From Podarcis gaigeae (taxonomy: Eukaryota): a stretch of DNA of 64,000 bases. Both the position numbers and the translations under genes were made by a program. Of the stretch, positions 1-10,260 are shown in pieces. Where the stretch lies: assembly GCA_964106915.2 (NCBI GenBank), contig OZ066920.1; one strand, given 5' to 3'. The notes beneath the pieces are model-generated. The model was not told where the DNA came from. It searched no databases and saw nothing but the letters and a program-made list of their open reading frames with translations. Position 1 is the first letter of the stretch, and every line of letters starts with the position of its first letter.

Positions 1-369
1 GGAGGAAAGCTCCATTGCACAAGCAGAAGTCCACGTACAGGGATTATGCTGACAGGGCTCATTAGGTGAATCTCACCATATGCCTTCAGAAGAGGTGGAG
101 TAAATTTAAAAGCTCCTTTAGACATAAGTGTCAATAGACATAAAAATGACTTCCCCACCTTCTTTATAGCTACACCTACAATGCAGGATGGAATTCTGAG
201 TAACTGCAGCTAATCACACCATACAACTAGATGTAAAATAGACCCAGCCAAGTGTACACTCTGTAGCTACCTTGGTCCCTCCTCAGGTTTAGTGCATTTA
301 GAGCACACCAATGGGAACTTTGGTATAAGAGTGCATGGCATGAAGAAGTGGCCAGGGCTAAAATATATA

Positions 370-630
370 CAGTCATACCTTGGGTTGAGAACATGATCTG
401 TGCGGGAGGCACATTCTCAACCCGCAGCGTTTGCAGCCTCAAGTGCTGCGTCTGTGTACGTGTGTGATGCGATTTGGCACTCCTGCGCATGCGCATGATA
501 TCATTTTGTGCTTTTGCGCATGCGCGAGTGCTGAAACCCAGAAGTAACCTGTTCCAGTACTTCCAGATTTAGTGTGGTCCACAACCTAAAAACGCGCAAC
601 CCACAGTGTTCATAACTCGAGGTACGACTG
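370..630. mobile_element. Tc1/mariner (Tigger/pogo-like) MITE
   Basis: TA|CAGTCATACCTTGGGTT ... AACTCGAGGTACGACTG|TA terminal inverted repeats with TA target duplication; same family as 7603-7855. Confidence 0.8.
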
Positions 631-1622
631 TATGCTCAAGTGCTCCTTAAGTTGAGCAAGTTGATTGCAATCACTCAAACACTCTTCTAGACTTCATGCT
701 TCAGTTACAGGCCTTTCCATTGATAGTGTCCCTACTGGCATCTGGCAATAAGACAAGTGTGGAATGACCTGTTTTGAGGCATTGGGCAAAATACCAAAGG
801 CTTCTTGACCTCAAGGTCAAGTCAGCCTACAGGTTGAAAGTCTTCAGGGAAGGTATGTCAGTAAGGTCTTCTGCCAACAGCGACACAAAAATTTGTCATA
901 AACAACTGAATAAAAAAGAATGTCATATTCTATCAATAGCTCATTGAATTAAGCAATAACCAAACTAGGAGGCACCATTCATTCTGTACAACAATAGCAG
1001 AATGCAGTAGTATTTTACTGGGGCATCACATGCCTTCAAGATTTAGCTTTTCTAAACTGCTCGGATTAATTAGTTTGCATAGACTATTCCAAGGTCGGTT
1101 AAAGATGAAATATAGGCAGGATTAACTACTTTGCACTCACTTCAGAGACATTATTTATAGCATGCAATTTTATCCTTTTCCTCCCAGGCACATGTCAGAG
1201 AAAAACACATCTTGTCATGCTTTGGCATTATCTCTCATTTTCCATTACAGTAACCAGGTGGAGATGCTTTTTATTCTGTGCCAGCAACATTGCATATCCA
1301 GAACAATTTTTCTTTCCCCCACCCAAACTTTTTAAAATGATTTCTCTGCTCAAAGGCATTTTTCTTGTAGCAATATAGTCCTCCTAACATATGCTACCCT
1401 TCTATTGAATATTCTACTCATCTGTGCTTGACAATGAAATGCAATGTGTTGTAGAAAAACTTGTTTTCCAAGTCTTGCCGGCAAAGGCAACTCAGCAGAG
1501 TGACAGCAGTTATTCAGTCATAGATTCCTCATTTATGCACTGGTCTATTTATTCATCTACTTGAGAAGCTGTTAGCCCACTTTTCTTCATAAAGACTGAA
1601 AAGTGGCTTCCAATAAAAAGTA

Positions 1623-1749
1623 CCGTCTTTTTCTGTGTATAAGATTAGGTTCCCCCCTAAAAATAATGTCAAAAACTAGGGGGTGTCTTATGCATGGATA
1701 CATCTCTCCCATTTTCTTAAATCTGGGTCTTATAGATGGGAAATTACAG
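1623..1749. mobile_element. Degenerate Tc1/mariner-type MITE (CCGTAT-TIR group)
   Basis: TA|CCGTCTTTTTCTGTGTATAAGA ... TCTTATAGATGGGAAATTACAG|TA. Confidence 0.65.
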
Positions 1750-2187
1750 TAAGAATGGGGTCTTCAAGTGTTCCATGTGATTCTTAAAAAACCTTTGAGA
1801 CAATCAAGCCCACAAGAATTTGAATTATCAAGTTTACCTGCATCAGAAATAGGCCATAACAGTTTGTAGTACTTTGTTTGAACCAGGACCAAGGAAAGGC
1901 CAGATTATAAGGATGACATCAATTAAGCATCATGGTTTTTTGCCCTACAAAAAAAGTGCAGCGTACAAAGTTTCAGAAGCTTAGTAATTGTTGGCAAAAC
2001 AGTCATTCTGAAATTTCCTGATACAAAGCAAGATGAAAATATCCATTCCTATTTATCTGAAGATTTATAATTTGCCTTTTGTTTCAAATGAGTTCTCAGG
2101 CATCCATCAAAAGACAAAGAATAACATTGCAATGAAAGAAAGAGAAGACAACCTTTATTAAATCAAAGAACCCGGACATAATAGGTA

Positions 2188-2539
2188 AAAGGTAAAGGGA
2201 TCCCTGACCATTAGGTCCAGTCGTAACCAACTCTGGGGTTGCGGCACTCATCTCGCTTTATTGGCTGAGGGAGCCGGCGTACAGCTTCCGGGTCATGTGG
2301 CCAGCATGGCTAAGCCGCTTCTGGCGAACCAGAGCAGCGCACAGAAACACTGTTTACTTTCCCGCTGGAGCGGTACCTATTTATCTACTTGCACTTTGAC
2401 GTGCTTTCGAACTGCTACGTTGGCAGGAGCAGGGACTGAGCAACGGGAGCTCACCTTGTCACAGGTATTCAAATTGCTGACCTTCTGATTGGTAAGTCTT
2501 AGGCTCTGTGATTTAACCCACAGTGCCACCCACATCTCA
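2188..2539 (-). mobile_element. Sauria SINE
   Basis: Reverse complement of the GGGACGCGGGTGGCGCTGTGGGTTAAA head and (ACCTTT)n tail; 12-bp TSD ACATAATAGGTA at 2176-2187 and 2540-2551. Confidence 0.9.
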
Positions 2540-2833
2540 ACATAATAGGTACCTGAGAGTAAATATAGAGATTTTAGGCACATGTAGGATAGGGGTGTAT
2601 CCAATAGTGTTGCTTGTCTCGTGGTAAGGCTTATGTCAACAGAACATGATGGTAAAGAATTTTTGGCAATTAATTCTCCCCGCTGCAGCCCCTGTACCAC
2701 CCTAAATCTGCTCTGGGTGGGTAGGTGAGGAAATAGCTGAAAATGACTTTCTTCCCCATTTTGCTAATGGAAGCTACACCATCAGCTGAGCAACACCTGT
2801 TGATACAACCAGTATGATTTAAGTGCACAATTA

Positions 2834-3002
2834 CCGTATTTTTCGCTCTATAACACGCACCCGACCATAACACACACGTAGTTTTTAGAGGAGGAAAATC
2901 CGTAGGCATGCCACCCGTAGGCATTTCCTCCATAACACACACAGACATTTCCCCTTACTTTCTAGGAGGAAAAAAGTGAGTGTTATGGTGCAAAAAATAC
3001 GG
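2834..3002. mobile_element. Tc1/mariner-type MITE (CCGTATTTTT TIR)
   Basis: TA|CCGTATTTTTCGCTCTATAAC ... GTTATGGTGCAAAAAATACGG|TA. Confidence 0.8.
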
Positions 3003-3074
3003 TAACTGCTGAGGTCTCAGGTATTTACTTACTTCCTTACATTGGGGTGTGGCATTCTCTGGATTGCATGGACC

Positions 3075-3115
3075 ATATTTTATTGTCCAATTGCAATATT
3101 TTATTGTCCAATTGC
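3075..3115. repeat. 21-bp tandem duplication
   Basis: ATATTTTATTGTCCAATTGCA occurs twice. Confidence 0.8.
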
Positions 3116-4174
3116 AGTTCCCAAACTGCAAGGAAATATGGCTGCACAACCACAATGTATTATGTAGGGTTTTACCATCTGTGTGAATTTTTTTATATAT
3201 CGGAAAGAAGTGTCAGCTAATACACTGCTATTTGCCTCATTACAGCTAAAGAGCGAGAGGACGGGGCTGCCAATTCCTGTGATTACTGGATTTTGAAGAA
3301 TGAAGACTGCTAAGCTCTGGTTCATGACAGGTAAGCTCTGATTTATGATATGTTCACAGGTATACACCAGATATGAAAGAGCAAAGTAGAAGAAAACATT
3401 AATCATTGCAGCAAATTAGGTTCTAGCAGTGCTTGCCAAGTTCTGATCCATTCAGCTGACATGCTGCAAAAGGTTGAGTGTCAAAACACTCCCTATGTTG
3501 TTAAAATGGATTAACTTTGGGCAGCTGTATTGTCATCAGTTGTACACTTCTTTTAATTAGCAGATCTACAGCAGTGTTGAAATGATGTGCCCATTTTCTC
3601 TTCACTGTTGCCAGACACTTTTGAGTTGAAAGCAATGCCAGCTTTCTGCATGTGCCTGGCCTACAGCACAAAGTTTGGGGTCTCCCAAGCTTTTCTGTTT
3701 TCTTCCTTCCTTTCACAAAACTGTTTCTAGCCCTCATTTGAGTGTATAAATGGGTGTTTGGCAATGTATCCTTGGAGATTTATGTCATGGTTCCAAACAC
3801 TGGTGCCTATGTACCAGACTGCAGAATCATACATGGGTCTGCCTCACATTACAGTAACCCTCTGAAGAAGGGTGAGAAATATTAAGTTCCCCATTGACAA
3901 TCTCAGCGCTACATCACAAGCTGTACTGATAAATTAGTGAGTCTATCACAAGTACAGACACAGCCTTTAACAATTTGTTCCAGTTTGTGCTCCTCACAAG
4001 AATAATATCCAGAAATAAATCATTTGAAGGGGCATATCATCTGAACTAGTTATTTCGGCCAGCCTTTCCCAGAACTGCAGCCATTTCAAAAGCATACTGC
4101 TGTGCAAATTGCTACGTACTTAGAGCTAAACTAGATCTGATATTAAATGCATCCTTGCATTTAACCTACTGTTT

Positions 4175-4830
4175 TATTTAAAAATATTATTTATTAAATT
4201 TATTAGTTGCTTTATCTTGTCCAAGGCAACCCAGAGTGTCGTACAAACCAACCAACCAACCAACCAACCAACCAACCAACCAACCAAGATCCACACAGAT
4301 ACATTAAAACCAAGTAAGGGAAAATGCACTGAATGCAGCCCATCCACTTCTAAACGCCACAGATAGCTAAAGGCCAAAGGCCTGGTTGTAGAGGAAAGTT
4401 TCTGCCTGGCACCTCAATATACAATAATGGTGCCAAGTGAGCCTCCCCTGGGGAGAGTGTTCCACAAAGAGGGAGCCACTGCAGAAAAAGCCCATTCTCA
4501 TATTGCCACCCTCTGGACCTCATGTGGAGAAGGCACATGAAGATGGGCCTCAGGTGATGGTTGCAGGGTCTGGGGTTGGTTCATGTGGGGAGAAGGCAAT
4601 CCTTGAGGTACTGCCATCCTGAGCCATTTAAGGCTTTATAGGTCAAAACCAGCACTTTGAACTGGGCTCAGAAACTAATTGGCAGCCAGTGCAGTCGGCT
4701 AGGATTGGTGTTATATGCTCAAATCATCTTGTCCCAGTGAACAACCTGGCTACTGAATTATGCACCAACTGAAGTTTCCGAACCTTCTTCAGTGGCAGCC
4801 CCATGTATAACACATTGCAGTAATCTAATA
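4175..4830 (-). mobile_element. L2 LINE 3' fragment
   Basis: Minus strand encodes a decayed LDYCN.LY.GLP...HWLP...FKVLVLTYKALNG segment homologous to 33017-33406; A-rich tail at the low-coordinate end. Confidence 0.75.
4246..4287 (+). repeat. (AACC)n microsatellite
   Basis: About 10 perfect units. Confidence 0.95.
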
Positions 4831-5291
4831 TTTAAATTATATTAACTAGGTGGGGGGTGCCAGAAGGGGATTTCCTCCCAAGACAAATACCAGCATCATT
4901 GGAGGGATTTTTGGCAGGACTGCAGCAGGGAAGAAATTATTACGTTCCCTCTCCATACACACCTATTTGCATTAAAAAACAAAACAAAAACCTTCACATT
5001 AAATTCAAAGATATATTTTATTTCACATCTACTTTGGCTCTTACTTCTGGTGTTTCCTATTGTGCTTTCTTCACACAGTTGTAGGTTCACATGTGCCTAA
5101 GACAATCACGTGGAGGGAAAGAGGCAATAGAATTGACCAAATGAAGAAGATCTTAGACAGTTGAGACACATACACAGCACTGATGGGAGGCAAGGCAATT
5201 TAAGGATACAAAAGCAGGATTTCAAGCATACCTTCTAATCCTTAGTAGTCCTGCCCAACAGCTTTGTTTGAGCTCATCTAGCTTGAAGCCC

Positions 5292-5653
5292 TAGGGATGC
5301 GGGTGGCGCTGTGGGTTAAACCACAGAGCCTAGGACTTGCTGATCAGAAGGTCGGCGGTTCGAATCCCCGTGATGGGGTGAGCTCCTGTTGCTCGGTCCC
5401 TGCTCCTGCCAACCTAGCAGTTCGAAAGCATGTCAAAGTGCAAGTAGATAAATAGGTATCTCTCCGGTGGGAAGGTAAGCGGTGTTTCTGTGCGCTGCTC
5501 TGGTTTGCCAGAAGCAGCTTAGTCATGCTGGCCACATGACCCGGAAGCTGTACGCCGGCTCCCTCTGCCAATAAAGCAAGATGAGTGCTGCAACCCCAGG
5601 GTGAGTCGGCCACAACTGGACCTAATGGTCAGGGGTCCCTTTACCTTTACCTT
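5292..5653 (+). mobile_element. Sauria SINE
   Basis: Head, B-box GGTTCGAATCC and (ACCTTT)n tail; TSD TAGCTTGAAGCCC at 5279-5291 and 5654-5666. Confidence 0.92.
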
Positions 5654-5971
5654 TAGCTTGAAGCCCGCCCTGAGAAGCAGACAGTGCCAACCAAATTGTA
5701 CAGCATAGCTGTTGGGCAGGACTTCCGTGGATTAGAGGGTATGTTTGAAATCCTGCATCCATATCCTAGAGGCTTTGTCTACCAATTGTACCCTCTCCCT
5801 GTGGTTTATCCAGTCCTCCTTCCAGTCCTTGACATACTATTCAGAATTCTGCAGAACACTGAATACCACATTCAGAATAACCTGCGCAAATTGATTAAAC
5901 ATATGCCCTCTGTTATCTTGTTATAATGCAGTCTACACGAATGATTTGAGGTACATTAGTCTGGGAAGCTA

Positions 5972-6331
5972 GGGACGCGGGTGGCGCTGTGGGTTAAAGC
6001 CTCAGCACCTAGGACTTGCCGATCGAAAGGTCGGCGGTTCGAATCCCCGCGGCGGGGTGTGCTCCCGTTGCTCGGTCCCAGCGCCTGCCAACCTAGAAGT
6101 TCGAAAGCACCCCCGGGTGCAAGTAGATAAATAGGGACCGCTTACTAGCGGGAAGGTAAATGCGTTCCGTGTGCTGCGCTGGCTCGCCAGATGCAGCTTG
6201 TCACGCTGGCCACGTGACCCGGAAGTGTCTGCGGACAGCGCTGGCCCCCGGCCTATAGAGTGAGATGGGCGCACAACCCTAGAGTCTGGCAAGACTGGCC
6301 CGTACGGGCAGGGGTACCTTCACCCTTTACC
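5972..6331 (+). mobile_element. Sauria SINE, CpG-rich (young) subfamily
   Basis: Head, B-box and tail; perfect 16-bp TSD TTAGTCTGGGAAGCTA at 5956-5971 and 6332-6347. Confidence 0.92.
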
Positions 6332-7602
6332 TTAGTCTGGGAAGCTAAAAAGAAAAAGCTTAGCATGCACCATTCCTAAAGATCTTTAAATGATTGTAAT
6401 CCAATATCTGTCCCTCTTCCTCCTTTCTACCACTATCACTGTGGAAATTAGAAAAGAATCCAGATCACAGTATTTATGATTAAAGAACTGCACACTTGTT
6501 ATCTTTCTATGTATTTACATGTGACATGTGTTTTTTTAACAAGGCAAATGGTTATAAATTAATCGTAACCCTCCAGACAAGCATCATTTGTAAGATGGCG
6601 TAACACATTAATTTCTCTTGCTCTTTTGCTGCATCTTGCAGCTTTGACCTGAATGAGAACTTCTTTATCTCCTTCCAGCAGCATTCTGATGCCTTCTTCT
6701 CAGTTCATGAAGTTATAGGGAAGAGATGCAGAAAGAGCTTGAGTGGAGTAATTGACTGCAGTTCCTTTTAAAGAATGATGAAACTATAGTCTGCAATAGC
6801 GACAAAGACATTTCCTTGTTATTTTTTCTTCCCCAAAGGCCTTGAGATGAAAATGTTGCTTTCTATCTCTCTGTAGCTTTATGATCTTGAGTTTCTAGTA
6901 ATGAATATATTATCTTCAATTTCAATTGTGTATGCCTCTTAACAAAAGTAAATTCCCACAAGTGTTCCAAAAGCAATTTATAACCCATTGGCCAAGTGAA
7001 TGTTACATATCAAAGCTGGTCATTAAATAAATGTCAAACAAAATTATCTCGCATATCTTGGGGACTTAAGAAACCACTGAAGGTCAAATGAAGTTCCCCT
7101 GGCATTTTCATGCAGCGGTTTTTATAATGAGATAACTCTCTTCTAATATATTGCATTGGTTTTATATCATGTATCTAATATAAACAACTCATTTATTTCA
7201 GTTTGCTGTAAAAATGAATGCCTTTGGTTCAGGTAGTTGTTCCCCAGTGATAGATCCTATAATTCTTTGCAAAACAATGACTATATTTTTTATCTTCTCC
7301 TCTACATCAAAGACACTCTTCTTCCCTGCACTGCTGAATACCCAATATTGTGAGACTTCAGACACTGGGGAACAATTTTTTTCCCCCATTTTCTGTTGCA
7401 TGAGATTTTTCAGCTGTTCTTATATGTTCTTCCAATGCTGATTTCAAATCTGAAATCGATTTCTGTGTACATGCTATAGTTATCTTTCAATTTCCGACTT
7501 TTGCCAATATGTCATATTTACACTGGGGATAAGTGGACACTGACACGTTGATCTACCCTAACCACATGGTAATTATTGTTTTACAAACTTAATTTTTCTT
7601 TA

Positions 7603-7855
7603 CAGTGGTACCTCGGGATGCAAACGGGATCTGTTCCGGAGCCCCGTTCACATCCCGAACGGGACACAACAGCGCGTCTGCGCATGCACGGGTCGTGTTT
7701 CGCCGCTACCGCGCATGCACGTGATGTCATTTTGCGCATCTGCGCATGCGCAAGCAGCGAAACCCGGAAGTAACGCACTCCATTACTTTCAGGTTGCCAC
7801 GGAGCGCAACTCAAACGCGCTCAACCTGAAGCGCATTCAACTCGAGGTATGACTG
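7603..7855. mobile_element. Tc1/mariner (Tigger/pogo-like) MITE
   Basis: TA|CAGTGGTACCTCGGG ... CTCGAGGTATGACTG|TA; internal sequence homologous to 370-630. Confidence 0.82.
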
Positions 7856-9619
7856 TATTTTTATAGTTTTGTAACCTAAATATTTGTATTTTTCAGATTC
7901 CCTTCCCATTAACTCCAGTGGGAGGGAACAAGATAAACTATTGATCACTTTCCCCAGCCCTCACTTCTCATTACACTTTTCTTGAGTTGTTCCATTCCTT
8001 TCCCAAGCAGAGAAGGGTCAGGATGTGATGTGGAGCTACTGCCAGGTGACCCAGGGCAGACTTTTTGAATTGGAGGATTCCTAGACATAAATTGTGCATC
8101 CTGACTGCACAGCCCTAGTAAATTAGCATATGTTTACACTGCAATAGCACACACAAAAGCCAAATTTTGCACCTTTTGTAGGACACTGTTTGATTCTATA
8201 GATTGTGTAGTATAAAAGCAATAAATATCAAGAGAAAGAAACATCATGCAGTCAATTCCTCTGTAAATAAATTCAGTTTTGAGAGCCATCTTGTTTAATG
8301 ACACCCGGGAACTGCTCAATATATGTTCATATACAGCCCTCTGCTGGACAGCAATTGTTACAATGTAAGTTAAACCAGAATTCTATTTTAAAAACCTTCA
8401 CAATAGAACCCTTGTTGTCCCAGGATCTGTATTTTGTCCCAAATATCTGGGTATGTGTGTACAAGTATAAAGTAGTAGAGCATTGAGCAAAAGTATTCTG
8501 ATACTTGATCTCTACATAAGAGAAGTTTTAGAGCAGTGCTAATGCAGAAATCACAGGATATATATTATTATTTAACATTGTTGGGCTTGAAAACGGTCTC
8601 CATATATTTTTGCATCTGTTTCTGTTTTAGATAATTTTTGTTGTTTCATCCTAAATGTTCCAGGCCACAGTCTCTCTCATCACTTGTAATACAGTCAAAT
8701 TCTTAAAGGTTTTCGCTGTCAATGTATATACATCTCAATCACATACTTGTGCAAGAGTTTATATCTCACTTTCAGTAAGCAAAACCCTTGATGATTCTTA
8801 CAATACTAATTTCCTAGTATTTGTGCAAGATTGTACTATACCCATTTGTAGGCAGAAATCTAAGCTAACATGAAGCCTGCCCTGCAACATAAATCCTGGC
8901 GACACCCATGCTCAAAACACTCAATGATTATCAGCTAAGGTGGGAACTGAACCATGACCATTGTAGCTCTCCACCACCCATGTTACCAAATAAGTCTATT
9001 TGCCAATTCTTCTAGCATGACCTTTTGTGATTCTGTTTCAAGTATTTAAGTACAGTAGTGCATATTAAGTACTGGTTTGTTCCTACAGTTTGCTTGTCAC
9101 TAGGAAAATATAAAGTGCTTTCAAGATAACCTGCTATGATGCCTTCCTAAAATGAAATACAGTATGAAGTAAAAGAATGGAATGCTCCACCTCATTTGAC
9201 CAGTTCAGTCATATAAGCACAAATTAAATTATATTTCCATTCCGTTAGCAATAGATAACAAGAGCAGACACCCCCCCCCAAAAAAAAAATGTAGGTCACC
9301 TATCTGAGATGGTAGATGAAGATCTGTTATAATCTTTTGCAATGTTAAAGATTAATGTATTATAAGAAGACAGAAAAATGGCTATACATCTATAACAGCA
9401 GTAAGCAAGGCAATCTAATGTAACTGGGGAAACTAATGTGCTATCACTGGAGGATTGGATATCAAAGGTTTGGGAAGCAGATCAAATGATAAGATTAACT
9501 AGCATTGTCAGGGTCTGGGAAGAAAGGCAACGTCATAACCATTTTATTGAAAAATTGAGTGCTTTTTCATGTATTGAAACAAGGCGCATTTTTAATTTTT
9601 TTAATTGAAGCTGTCGGTC

Positions 9620-10260
9620 AAGAGACCCATTTGTGTAACGCTGGCAGAATCCGCATTGACTTCGCAGGAGAGAAAGGCTAAGGAATCGGATCCGCCCCTG
9701 GGCGGAACACCCTGTCTTCGCGCAAGCGCCCTTCGCGGAGACTCCGCCCTTCGTAGTTGTTTGGGTGCAGCGGCGTTCCTTACCTCCGCTAACGTCACGG
9801 CCTTGAATCCCTGCAGGTCCTGCAGGGCGACATGGCTGCCCAGAAGATCAACGAAGGCTTGGAGCACATCGCTAAAGCGGAGAAATAGTGAGCGAGGGGA
9901 GAGGGCGAAGGAAGCCGGCGAGGGACAAGGGAAGCCGGCTTGCCAGCCCTTGGGGAACAGGCGGGCGAGTGGGGAGGCTCTACCCGGGGGCTGTGGGTGA
10001 CTGCGCACCTCCAGCTCCCCATGGAGCAGTGCCGGGAGACGGGGCGGTTTCCCCCGGGGAGGAGCTGTGGGCGGAGGGAGCCCCTCTCGGACCCGCGCTC
10101 GTCTCTTGAGAGCAACTCCAGGCGGCTCTGCCTTGAGCTCCCCCGCCAGAAAAGAGGGGGGCGGTTTCTTGTTTTGGGTTTTGCGCTTATGCGCAGACAA
10201 CACTTTGCATCCCTCAGGCATACCCTCGTCATCAGTGCGTCGTCTCCTTAATGGGGCTTG
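9620..10260 (+). promoter_or_regulatory. CpG-island promoter / exon 1 region of NAPG
   Basis: Abrupt GC- and CpG-rich block in AT-rich DNA; GC boxes at 9692-9697, 9700-9705 and 9744-9749; ACGTCA half-CRE near 9792; no TATA box; surrounds the ATG. Confidence 0.85.
9832..9887 (+). CDS. NAPG: NAPG coding exon 1 (MAAQKINEGLEHIAKAEKY)
   Basis: ATG at 9832 in a good Kozak context (gacATGG); donor TA|gtgagc at 9888. Confidence 0.95.

Noticed and set aside
2261-6292. Similar ORFs (...YLSTCTLTCFRTA.LAGAGTEQ...) suggesting a small gene family
   Set aside because: Antisense translations of Sauria SINE copies.
6600-7560. Purine-rich minus-strand stretch that looks like decayed coding sequence
   Set aside because: All frames are interrupted, with no recognisable domain or splice structure; a translated search would be needed.
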